A DNA stretch of 64,000 bases from Macrostomum lignano (taxonomy: Eukaryota). Positions within the stretch are counted from its first letter, which is position 1. Every line of letters begins with the position of its first letter. The translations under genes and the position numbers were made by a program. The notes under the pieces are model-generated. The model had not been told where the DNA came from, did not search any database, and saw only the letters and a list, made by a program, of their open reading frames with translations. Below, piece by piece: positions 1-13,000 of this stretch. Location: positions 16,533 through 80,532 of the forward strand of contig NIVC01003724.1 of assembly GCA_002269645.1 (NCBI GenBank), written 5' to 3'.

Positions 1-499
1 CCTCCTCTCTCCCTCTTTACCCATACTTCCTGATAATGCTCCATTTAGGTGTCAAAAAACCACTGACAAGAACACGTAAATTTAAAGTTTTTATCCTGCA
101 GTTATTTATAGTTTTTCAAACGTTTACATACAATGATTTACAAATATTAAACAATCGAACGAAAACAGAATTTTTACTCCTTTTTTTATCAGCATTAAGC
201 GTCACCGAACTACTAATAGTAAAAGATCCGCGCATAAATTGCTATTTAGACTTACCCCGTAAGAGACAGTGCGTATTCGCATTATTGAGTTCACTTAAGC
301 AGATATGAGCTTACGAGTATCAGTGCTAAGCTGATGTAATAATATAACAATTATAATAGCAACCATATTTACACGAGCGAGGTTCTCAACTAAATTTTAT
401 CAAAAAATTTCTTACTATCAAAAGATTATGGACATAAAACTCAAAACTTATCTAGAATTATCTTCAGAAATAAACTTTCGATACGTATATCTACCTAGC

Positions 500-1500
500 T
501 ACTCTCTCCCATCTACCTCTTTACTCTTCTATCTACCTATCTGCTCTCTCTCCCATCTACCTCTTTACTCTCTCGTTATCTGCTTGTCTCCTCTCTCCCA
601 TCTATCGGTTTACTCTCTCTTATCTACCAGTATATTTTCACCTATCTAATAAGCTACTCCCTCCCATCTACCAGTCTACTCTCTCCCATCAACCTTTTTA
701 CTCTCTCTTATCTACTTATCTCCTTTCCCTATCTACCATTCTACTCTCCAATCTACCAGTCTACTCTTCTAATCTACCAGTCTACTCTTCCCATCTACCA
801 GTCTACTCTTCTCATATACCAGTCTACTCTCTCTCATCTACCAGTCTACTCTCTCCATCTACCAGTCTACTCTCTCCATCTACCAGTCTACTCTCTCCAT
901 CTACCAGTCTACTCTCTCCATCTACCAGTCTACTCTCTCCATCTACCAGTCTACTCTCTCCATCTACCAGTCTACTCTCTCCATCTACCAGTCTACTCTC
1001 TCCATCTACCAGTCTACTCTCTCCATCTACCTGCCTACTCTCTCCATCTACCTGCCTACTCTCTCCATCTACCAGTCTACTCTCTCCATCTACCAGTCTA
1101 CTCTCTCCATCTACCTGCCTACTCTCTCCATCTACCTGCCTACTCTCTCCATCTACCTGCCTACTCTCTCCATCTACCAGTCTACTCTCTCCATCTACCA
1201 GTCTACTCTCTCCATCTACCTGCCTACTCTCTCCATCTACCAGTCTACTCTCTCCATCTACCAGTCTACTCTCTCCATCTACCAGTCTACTCTCTCCATC
1301 TACCAGTCTACTCTCTCCATCTACCAGTCTACTCTTCTCATATACCAGTCTACTCTCTCCCATCTACCAGTCTACTCTTCTCATATACCAGTCTACTCTC
1401 TCTTATCTACCAGTCTACTCTCTAATTTTCTACCTGCCTACTCTCCCCATCTGTTTGTTGACTTTCTCCTATTTATCTGTCTACTCTCTGATCTACCTCC
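500..1500. repeat. 21-bp minisatellite CTACCAGTCTACTCTCTCCAT
   Basis: Directly visible tandem array with degenerate edges; source of ORF 824..1363. Confidence 0.95.
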
Positions 1501-1589
1501 GGGTCCCTCAGTCTCCCTACTCTTCAGCAGATAAATTTTGGTCTCAAAGCGGATGCCAGCCAGGAAATTCCCAAAAGCCCGCACAAAAG

Positions 1590-4500
1590 CTATTTTTTAG
1601 GTTTAAAGCGCGGAGGGGCGCACAAAGTCGCAGACAGTTTGTCCGGGACCGCCAAAGTGTTCGGAGCGATGCAGGGCGCCCTTCCAGACCACTTTGAACT
1701 CGGCGGACTGCGCCAGCCAGCTGGCAGAGGCCAACAGGTCATCGCCGCCGTTGTGGCGACTCTCTGAATTGCCCGATGAGGCTTCCAGGCTGGCGTAGAC
1801 GGTGGGGGACCTGACAGATGCCGTCTAAGGAGGCGCATTTCGAATATGGGATTAGTGGGGCTCTTTAATAGCAGCGAAGCGGCTGGAGACTGAACAGAGG
1901 TTAAGGGAAGGAAGGAAAGGTAAGGAACCACTGCTTGATTAATAATTGTGCCCAGCAATTGAGGATCTGGGAGGCTGGCCCAGCAACTGAGGATCTGGGA
2001 GGCTGGCCCAGCAACTAAGGATCTGGGAGGCTGGCCCAGCAACTGGGGATCTGGGAGGCTGGTGGCCCAGCAACTGAGGATCTGGGAGGCTGGCCTATCA
2101 GCTGATGATCTGGGAGGCTGGCCCAGCAACTGAGGATCTGGGAGGCTGGCCCAGCAGCTGAGGATCTGGGAGGCTGGCCCAGCAACTGAGGATCTGGGAG
2201 GCTGGCCCAGCAACTGAGGATCTGGGAGGCTGGTGGCCCAGCAACTGAGGATCTGGGAGGCTGGCCTAGCAACTGAGGATCTGGGAGACTGGCCCAGCAA
2301 CTGAGGATCTGGGAGGCTGGCCCAGCAACTGAGGATCTGGGAGGCTGGCCCAGCAACTGAGGATCTGGGAGGCTGGCCCAGCAGCTGAGGATCTGGGAGG
2401 CTGGCCCAGCAACTGAGGATCTGGGAGGCTGGCCTAGCAACTGAGGATCTGGGAGGCTGGCCCAGCAACTGAGGATCTGGGAGGCTGGCATAGCAACTGA
2501 GGATCTGAGAGGCTGGCCCAGCAACTGAGGATCTGGGAGGCTGGTGGCCCAGCAACTGAGGATCTGGGAGGCTGGCCTAGAAACTGAGGATCTGGGAGAC
2601 TGGTCCAGCAACTGGGGATCTGGGAGGCTGGTGGCCCAGCAACTGAGGATCTGGGAGGCTGGCCCAGCAACTGAGGATCTGGGAGGCTGGCCCAGCAACT
2701 AAGGATCTGGGAGGGTGGCAGATCCAGATCCTGCGGCCTGTTCGATGCACTTCTAACCAAACTGACGACAACAAAGAAAATTTCGAATTCTAAAACACTT
2801 TTCGTTAGAGCTAAAAGCGGAAAAAACAGATTGAAGTGCAGAGCGGCTATTCCTGGAACTGGGGGCGTGGCACGTCAAGGTCGCTCACGCGATGCTCAAA
2901 GCAGCTCGAGCTGACATCTGATTCGCCCGACGTTTGAGCAGGAAGCGGAATCAAAACAGATCTTTTTCAGAGTGTTACCGCGGACACGAAATTCGGATCA
3001 TGTTTTGGGATTTATTCAAACGAAGAACGCATGTCTGATTTAACAAACTTTTTAACCATGAAACCAAAAACCTTTTACTTGTTACACTTGGGGTTGGGTG
3101 TCTGTCGAGCCCCCAACAATTTCACACCTCGATGCGCATAGATTATTTGAGTCGCACAACTCACGCGAAACCCAGATTAAAGGACTCAAACGGGTGCAGC
3201 AGACTCACCCGTTCGCACTGTCCCAGCAGCCGCTGCCGCTCCATCTCGTGTATCTTCTTGTACTCGATAGCGTCCTGGTAGAACAGGATGAGCACGGCTA
3301 GGGAAGGCAGCAGGTGAGCGGTGACGACCACAATGGAGTGCACAGGCAGGTAAACCCGGAGGTCGTGATTGAACACCCCGGAGCAGGAGGCGGCGCTGGA
3401 GCTGCGCAGGAATAGCCAGTAGGCCAGGTTGATGAGGCTCCCGAAGGCGAACACAAGGACGCTACTGCAATTCGGAGGTTGATGCACGCGAGTCAAGACA
3501 TCTGCTGGGTCTACAGACTCCCAGGATCCCAGATCCCAGATCCCAGGATCTCAGATCCCAGATCCCAGGATCTCAGATCCCAGGATCCCAGGATCCCAGA
3601 TCCCAGATCCCAGGATCCCAGATCCCAGGATCCCAGATCCCAGATCCCAGATCCCAGATCCCAGATCCCAGGATCCCAGATCCCAGGATCCCAGATCCCA
3701 GATCCCAGGATCCCAGATCCCAGGATCCCAGGATCCCAGGATCCCAGATCCCAGGATCCCAGATCCCAGGATCCCAGATCCCAGGATCCCAGATCCCAGG
3801 ATCCCAGATCCCAGGATCCCAGATCCCAGGATCCCAGATCCCAGGATCCCAGATCCCAGGATCCCAGATCCCAGGATCCCAGATCACAGATCCCAGGATC
3901 TCAGATCCCAGGATCCTAGATCCCAGATCCCAGGATCCCAGAATCTTGTGTTCAATCCCAGATCCCAGAATGTGCCCGATAGGGAGAGTCAGCCAGTGGC
4001 TGACTTAAACAAATTTGTACTTTTTTGAAGTGAAATAATTAAATAACCAAGCTTTATCTATTTTAACTTTTCCTTTTATTAGTCACGTCCCGCTGTCCAG
4101 GCGTTTATTGACAGCAAATTAGCGAAATTTGTTTATAAGCAAGGCTAGCTAAACTCGCCCCAGGGGACCTCAGCTGATGCGTTGAACAGCTGCGCCAGTC
4201 GCTGCGTTGTCTCCGAGAGCCGGACCCGAGGGAGTCGATTGTGGTGCATTGGGTCGGAATAGAAGATTTGCACCAGCAAAGTGCTTCTCGGCCCGGCAGC
4301 GATTCTGTGCCTTCGATTTCAAGCTGGGGATGCTGGCTACTATCCGCCCGCTGCTCTAGTGCAGTTCAAGCACTTTGGCAAACACAAGCCTGGATGCCAC
4401 CGTCTCTACCTCTTTGCTGTCCAGGGATTAAGCCTGGACCCGCGATTCTGCAGGGATCCGTGCAGTATATTTAGCAATGCGATCCCAAAGTGCACATCAC

Positions 4501-7500
4501 AGAGCTGGCCATCGCGGCTAAGTTGGATCTAAATCTTGGGTAGTAATCCGGATGCAGATTGTAGAACTTAGGATTGGGTTTCTGGGATTTTGGATTGGGA
4601 TTCTGGGATTTTAGATTCAGATTCTGGGATTTAGGATTGGGATTCTGGGATTTCGGATTGGGATCCTGGGGTTTCGGATTGGGATTCTGGGATTTAGGAT
4701 TGGGATTCTGGGATTTAGGATTGGGATTCTGGGATTTCGGATTGGGATCCTGGGATTTTGGATTGGGATTCTGGGATTTTAAATTGGGATTCTGGGATTT
4801 TGGATTGGGATGCTGGGATTTTGGATTGGGATTCTGGGATTTTAAATTGGGATTCTGGGATTTTGGATTGGGATGCTGGGATTTTGGATTAAGATTTTAG
4901 GATTTGGATTGGGATTCTGAGATCGGAGCTCTGAAGGCTGGGATGGAGACTCTGGATTCTAGACTGGGATTCAGGAATTTTCGGGGCTCGGATTCCAGAA
5001 GATGAAAACAGAATTTAGTATTCTAGAAGTGGGGATCGGGAATCGATGATTAGAAGATTACTATGGCATGCGCAATAATGAAACTATATTGGTGCAGCCA
5101 AAGTTAGGCCTAATTAGCAAATGATATCAACAGCTCTTCCCCTGCGGAAATCTCTACCCAAATCTGTCTGCCAGACTGCAAGCACTATTGCTGGGTAACT
5201 AAACCGCCTGCCAGACTGCAAACAGAGCTGCTACCGCCGCTGCTGGCATTTATTTTCATACGAGATCCAGCACTGGACTGCACTATTGCACTTCATTCAT
5301 TGCCGCCTAAACTGCCCGAATTCATTCCGTCAATGAAATGCCCATCAAAGTGACACCGTTCTGGGTTTCGATCGATTAAATCAATTGGAAGATTTGCATC
5401 ACACACAGCATTCTTGTCTCCCGGTCCTGTCTCCCCAGTTCTCTCTCCCTCACTCTTGTTTGTTTGTAAGAAAACTGTTTTTCTTTCTTTAGTAGCAGCA
5501 GTCTTTGTTGTATCTGTCGGAGCAGCAGTCTTTGTCTCTGACGGAGCCACAATCTTTGTCCCTGACGGAGCAACAGTATTTGTCTCTGCCGGAGCAACAG
5601 TCTTTGTTTCTCAGATAGCAACAGTCTTTGTTTCTCACATAGCAACAGTCTTTGTTTCTTGACATGCAAGTCATGTAAGACGTGACTCACAGCACAACGG
5701 TGCAGCGCAGGTAATTTCGGACAGACGGCTCGGTGTTAATCCGGTTTAATCGCTTCAAATGCTTGTAGGACACCATCGACAGGGCCAGCAGCGCAAGCCA
5801 TTCGACGACCAGGAAGGCCACTTGGTAGAAGGCTGCAAATCGAAATTGGTTTCTATATTGAAATTTCTTATGAATGCTCATCAACTTCATACGGTCTTAA
5901 GAGCGGGAAAGGAGTGACCATAGAGTGAAATGTCTACCATGCTCACAGAGTGAAAATTCTACCATAAAGTGAAAAAACTAATATAGAGGAAAAGACTTCC
6001 ATAGAGTGAAAAGACTAACATTTAGTGAAAAGACTAATATAGAGTGAAGTCTACCATAGACTGAAAAAACAGCCATAGAGTAAAAAGACTACCATAGAGT
6101 GAGAAGTCTACCATAGAGTGAAAAGACTAACAAAGTGAAAAGTCTACAATAGAGTGAAAAGTCTACCATAGAATGAAAAGTCTACCATAGAGCGAAAAGT
6201 CTACCATAGAGTGAAAAGTCTACCATAGAGTGAAAAGTCTACCATAGAGTGAAAAGTCTACCATAGAATGAAAAGTCTATCATAGAATGAAAAGTCTACC
6301 ATAGAGTGAAAAGTCTATCATAGAGTGAAAAGTCTACCATAGAGTGAAAAGACTAACAGAGTGAAAAGTCTGCAATAGAGTGAAAAGTCTACCATAGAGT
6401 GAAAAGGTTACCATAGAGTGAAAAGTCTACCGTAGAGTGAAAAGGTTACCATAGAATGAAAGGTCTACCATAGAGTGAAAAGGTTACCATAGAGTGAAAA
6501 GTCTACCGTAGAGTGAAAAAGTTACCATAGAATGAAAGGTCTACCATAGAGTGAAAAGGTTACCATAGAGTGAAGACTACCATAGAGTGAAAAGACTATC
6601 ATAGAATGAAGAGGCAGAGTGTGACGGGTGTAGCAAGAGTAGTGACAGTTATGACTACAGAGCTCACAAGAAGTGACAAGCAGCAGAGAAGTGCTCAACC
6701 TCAGGCGCTGGCAGGAGACTGCAAACACGCGAGCTACGGAAGCAAGAAAATCACGTGACTGACAAGGCAGTTTCGGAGAAAAACTTCCTAGCTAAGGAAT
6801 TCTACCTTCTTCACGGCCTGTCCTCGCTGACTGAGCCGTCTGCAACGCCCCCGTTTCTCTCTCACCTCAAAGCCCGAGAGCCGGCAAGCTATCAGGAATC
6901 GAATTACCTATGCAAGAAAATTGAGCTAGAGCACGCGTTGAGATCGGGAACAGCTGGACTGAGATATCCCCCAGATCATCATGGGCGTGAAGTCTTACTT
7001 GTTTACTAGACGCGGACGTGGGACAGAATAATATTTTCTGGTCATTCGATCACCGAAAAGTGCGGCTTTAAGACCCATTTAAATTAAAATACTGAACAGA
7101 AATTTATTGAAGGCCCGAGTATTTGGCCTTAAAGTCTATTAGCTGGAACTAAGTAACTAATTAAGGGTCAAGGTCTCCCTTACAGACACAACACTGGGTC
7201 AAGGCCTCCCTTACAGACACAACACTGGGTCAAGGCCTCCCTTACAGACACAACACTGGGTCAAGGCCTCCCTTACAGACACAACACTGGGTCAAGGCCT
7301 CCCTTACAGACACAACACTGGGTCAAGGCCTCCCACACAGACACAATACTGGGTCAAGGCCTCACAGACACAACACTTGGTCAAGGCCTCACAGACACAA
7401 CACTTGGTCAAGGCCTCCCTTACAGACACAACACTGGGTCAAGGCCTCCCTTACAGACACAACACTGGGTCAAGGCCTCCCTCACAGACACAACACTGGG

Positions 7501-9643
7501 TCAAGGCCTCACAGACACAGCACTGGGTCAAGGCCTCACAGACACAACACTGGGTCAAGGCCTCACAGACACAACACTGGTGAAGGCCTCACAAGCACCT
7601 TGCTAAGTCCCTAGCAACGTCTCCAAAGCGATGCATTCCATTGAACTCCTTAGAAACAGTTTTAAAAAGTCAGTAAAATATTCAATTCAAATGAATTCTG
7701 TGAACAGGAAGCCTCTCTCGCCTTTCTCTCCCCAGACTTTGGCCTCTCTGCTTCCGCTTCCCCTGCACTGCTTGATCAGCGGCAGCTCGCACCGACACAG
7801 GCTTTGACAAAAATCTTGAAAAAACACCCGATACAATGCGGACTGAGGGACTGCCGCATCAAACGCTTGAAGCGCTGGCGTGACACAAAAAACGGGAAAG
7901 CAGAATCAAAAATGGCTTCAAGTCTCAATTCTGCGAGCAGTTCCCAGCTGGCAGCTCGTTACAAGCAACGCCCCCGCGACTGTTCGGAACAGAAGAGCAA
8001 AAAAGCGATATCTGATGACTCAAACAAAAAAGAGGGGGGGGGCGGTTCCGGTACTAGCTGGAGACGATGGTCGCAGTCTGAAAGGAACAGGACTCGCCCG
8101 CAGAAATTTGATGAGACTGATTGCCGAACTGCTGTGTGACGCAAGTTCTGTGACGCGCTGGATTCCATCACTGGCGAAAATTAATAGAGATGAGGGTAGA
8201 GATGGGAGAGGTAGATGGGTGAGAGGCAGAGATTAGAAGCAGAGGATGAGAGGCGAAGAGGGTGAGAGGCGGAGGGGGTGAGAGGCAGAGATGAGAGGCA
8301 GAGATGAGAGGCAGAGATGAGAGACAGAGGTGAGAGGCAGAGATGAGAGGCAGAGAATGAGAGGCAGAGATGAGATGCAGAGATGAGAGGCAAAGATGAG
8401 AGGCAGAGATGAGAGGCAGAGATGAGAGGCAGAGGTGAGAGGCAGATATGAGAGGTAGAGATGAGATGCAGAGGTGAGAGGCAGATATGAGATGCAGATA
8501 TGAGATGCAGATATGAGATGCAGAAATGAGAGGCAAAGATGAGAGGCAGATATGAGAGGCAGAGATGAGAGGCAGAGGTAAGAGGCAGATATGAGATGCA
8601 GATATGAGATGCAGAAATGAGAGGCAAAGATGAGAGGCAGAGATGAGAGGCAGAGATGAGATGCAGAGATGAGAGGCAGAGATGAGATGCAGAGGTGAGA
8701 GGCAGATATGAGATGCAGAAATGAGAGGCAGAGATGAGAGGCAGAGATGAGATGCAGAGGTGAGAGGCAAAGATGAGAGGCAGAGGTGAGAGGCAGAAAT
8801 GAGAGGCAAAGATGAGAGGCAGAGGTGAGAGGCAGAGGTGAGAGGCAAAGATGAGAGGCAGAGGTGAGAGGCAAAGTTGAGAGGCAGAGGTGAGAGGCAG
8901 AAATGAGAGGCAGAGATGAGATGCAGAGGTGAGAGGCAGAAATGAGAGGCAAAGATGAGAGGCAGAGGTGAGAGGCAGAGGTGAGAGGCAAAGATAAGAG
9001 GCAGAGGTGAGAGGCAAAGATGAGAGGCAGAGGTGAGAGGCAAAGATGAGAGGCAGAGATGAGATGCAGAGGTGAGAGGCAAAGATGAGAGGCAGAGATG
9101 AGATGCAGAAATGAGAGGCAAAGATGAGAGGCAGAGATGAGAGGCAGAGATGAGAGGCAAAGATGAGAGGCAGAGGTGAGAGGCTAGTTAGTTAATCAGA
9201 TGGGCTAGTTAGTTAAATAATATCCGTGTTCAAGAAACAGGTAAAAAAACACAGAGCGAGTGACTGAGCGGCGACACCAGGCAGCCGGGGTAAAAACTCA
9301 GAGGTCAGACTGGAAAGACAGAACAGTAGCGGTGATGGATAGCAAATGCTATGCAAACAAGACGGAAAGTTAGAGACATTCGGGGAGAACAAAAGAAGAG
9401 GAAGCGAGGTGCAAATACGCTCGTAATAGAATAAGCTAAGAGCGAGTCAGCGGGGTGCAAGGCAGGCTGCCTGCCTGAGTGACAGGCTCGCTGACAGGCA
9501 TCTGCGGCACTCTGAAAGGATCAGGCGTGTACTTTTAAGTTGCAGGACTGGACCCGCCTGCCCTCCCAAATTGAACGGGCAGCCAAAGCTTCATCAGGAT
9601 TCTGTCTGCTATCTGTCTGTCTGTCTGCTGTCTGTCTGTCTGC

Positions 9644-9692
<49 letters not shown>

Positions 9693-9764
9693 GCTATCTG
9701 TCTGTCTGTCTGCTGTCTGTCTGTCTGCTGTCTGTCTGTCTGTCTTAGTGTCTGTCTGTCTGTC

Positions 9765-9809
<45 letters not shown>

Positions 9810-9849
9810 CCTGTCTGTCTGTCTTAGTGTCTGTCTGTCTGTCTGTCTA

Positions 9850-9892
<43 letters not shown>

Positions 9893-9987
9893 GTCTGTCT
9901 GTCTGTCTGTCTGCTGTCTGTCTATCTGTCTGTCTGTCTGTCTTAGTTTCTGTCTGTCTGTCTGTCTGTCTGTCTGCTGTCTGTCTT

Positions 9988-10082
<95 letters not shown>

Positions 10083-13000
10083 GCTGTCTGTCTGCCTGTC
10101 TGTCTGTCTGTCTATCTGTCTGTCTGTCTGTCTGTCTGTCTGCTGTCTGTCTGCCTGCCTGTTTGTCTGTCTATTTAATTCCCACCGTTAATTCCCTATT
10201 CCTTTAGAATGGGCACCATCAGAGCGGCGGTGCAGTGTATCCGGTTGCAGCAGTTCAATTAGCGTAGTCTTAGCAGCCGGATTCGTTTGAACTCGGAAAT
10301 GCTCTTCTATCTAAGGAAAAAAGGCTTTCATCAGAGGATAAAAGGGTAGCAGAGGCCGGCTCGCAGTGGACCGTGAAACGATATTCGCTTTTAAAAAGGC
10401 TGACAGATAAGACGAAACTAACCGGATAAAACAGGTCGAACTCACAGCGGCCAGCGCTTAAGCCGCTGCAGCCCAGCGGACTCCACCCTGACTACGAAAG
10501 TGTAGCTAATGCAGAATCGGTTCACTTTGAAACAAAATTTGAAGAGACGTTGAAAGCCATCATGCACTCGTAACAGTTCTGTGACACCATCGCTTTTAAT
10601 AATTTACTATTCTGCTACGTAACGTGTAGACTAATGCTTACTCGTAATATAGAGGCACTTTTAACCTAAAAGTAGAAAAGTGAAAAATCTAGCAATTAAA
10701 GGGAAGCGTAGAAATCAGAAGAGTGGCTAGGAGTGACAAGAATAGCATCTGATTAATAATAATATCAAAAGAGGCACGTGCTCCAAGGAGTGATATGAGA
10801 CTGAGGGAGTGACAAGAATGTTAGGGGGTGACAAGATCATTGGAGAGTGACAAGAATGAACAGATGTGTCAAGAATGAGTGACAAGAATAAACAGGAGTG
10901 ACAATAATGAACCCAAGAGTGACAAGAATGAACCCAGGAGTGACAAGAATGAACCAAGGAGTGACAAGAATGAACCCAATAGTGACAAGAATGAACCCAG
11001 GAGTGACAAGAATGAGTGACAAGAATAAACAGGAGCGACAATAATGAACCCAGGAGTGACAGGAATGAGTGACAAGAATAAATAGGAGTGACAAGAATGA
11101 ACCAGGAGTGACAAGAATGAACCCAGGAGTGACAAGAATGAACCCAGGAGTGACAAGAATGAACCCAGGAGTGACAAGAATGAACCCAGGAGTGACAAGA
11201 ATGAACCCAGGAGTGACAAGAATGAACCCAGGAGTGACAAGAATGAACCCAGGAGTGACAAGAATGAACCCAGGAGTGACAAGAATGAACCCAGGAGTGA
11301 CAAGAATGAACCCAGGAGTGACAAGAATGAACCCAGGAGTGACAAGAAAGACACACGCATCCCATTCAGTCAGAGCAACAGCCATCTCATCAACTGCAGC
11401 ACTCACAGAAGCATCGAACTCTGTCGGTGGCCCGCTGGCCGATGGCGGTGCAGCAGAGCACCAGCAGGAGCAGCAGGCCGGGCGCAAAGTACACCACCCG
11501 GCTGGGATAGGGCACGGCGTGCCTAGTAGCGCAGTAGTACTCCAGAAGGCGCATCTGCACGTACAGCAGCAGCACGGCCACCCGCAGAGCGGTGGTGAGA
11601 TACTCCAACACCGCGCCTTCGAAGAACAACAATCGAACAGACAGCAGAGCGGCTTCCAGCACGATCAGTGCCTGCAGGCTGAGCACGGCAGAGAACTTGA
11701 CCCGGTCAGCCGGGGGGTGCAGCATCAGGGCAGTGAGGGTGTTCCAGAGCACGGTCGAGCCGAACACCACCAGCAAAAGCAGCAGTGCGGCGGACAGCAC
11801 GACTCGCCTGCGGGCATAAAAGTGCAAGCCAACCTTGCTGACAAACTGGGGACTTCGGCATAGAGAGAGAAGCCTCAATGGCTGTAAGGGAAATGAATAC
11901 CAGGGATCAGTGCTAATCCTATAGCTATATCCCCAATCTCCTGTAGAGACAGTTTTCATCCCAATACATCTTTTTTCCTTTGACTAGCGCGGCGTGTTTG
12001 CACTATCAATCAATAAGTAATGCAGAAGCTGGATTTCCAGTTAATCCTCCGCTGCCATATCGGGGTTCTCACATTGACTGCTCACATGGACTTGCACTGG
12101 CTGAGCAATGTTATAATGAGACTCACGCTGGATTGCTCACGCAGCAGAAGCAGAGGTGCCCACCCCGGTGAGGACAGGGGTGCCCACCCCGGTGAGGACA
12201 GGGTGCCCACCCCGGTGAGGACAGGGGTGCCCACCCCGGTGAGGACAGGGGTGCCCACCCCGGTGAGGACAGGGGTGCCCACCCCGGTGAGGACAGGGGT
12301 GCCCACCCCGGTGAGGACAGGGGTGCCCACCCCGGTGAGGACAGGGTTACCCACCCCGGTGAGGACAGGGGTGCCCACCCCGGAGGACAGGGTGGTGAGG
12401 ACAGGGGTGCCCACCCCGGTGAGGACAGGGGTGCTTACCCAGTAAGGACAGAGTGATCACCCAGTGAGGACAGGACAGAGGGTGTCCACCCGGAACAGGG
12501 CTGCTCACCCGGAACAGGGTGCTCACCTGGAACAGGGTGCTCACCGGGTGAGGACAGGGATGCTCACCCGGAACAGGGATGCTCACCCGGAACAGGGATG
12601 CTCACCCGGAACAGGGATGCTCACCCGGAACAGGGGTGCTGTCCGGTACGACGTATTGTAACAAAAAATAAGCCTATGGAAAATCTCAATAGTAATTTCT
12701 AAGAAATGCGACACGAGGTCGGGCATACAAACCGAATAATTTGACTGGCCAGAATCAGAAAGGTTTAAAGATGTGTTCTCAAACAGGTTCAGTCCAGATA
12801 TTGAACTGGCTAAGCTCAGATTGCAGGGATTCACTTAAGCTCCCTTCTACCGGTGGCTGATGAAGCCCCTAGCTACAGGCAGATGACGCTAAAGCCATTA
12901 GAGCTTGCTACGTGCAAGGTGCAAGACTGCAAGTATGGAGCGTACTTTTTTTAAAATAGCCATAATCCTTTCACATATCACTTTTCACAGTTTGCGCCCA

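Noticed and set aside
4150-4532. GC-rich unique segment with ORFs 4241 and 4281
   Set aside because: No consistent splice phases or recognisable motifs, and the flanking exons join without it.
7804-8236. ORFs 7804 and 7880; also 16665-17641
   Set aside because: Non-ATG starts, no recognisable domain, no convincing splice context.
12583-12834. Sequon-rich minus ORF (NLS/NTS/NYS) as a 7-TM N-terminal exon
   Set aside because: No phase-compatible strong splice sites; 14094 joins 11837 directly.
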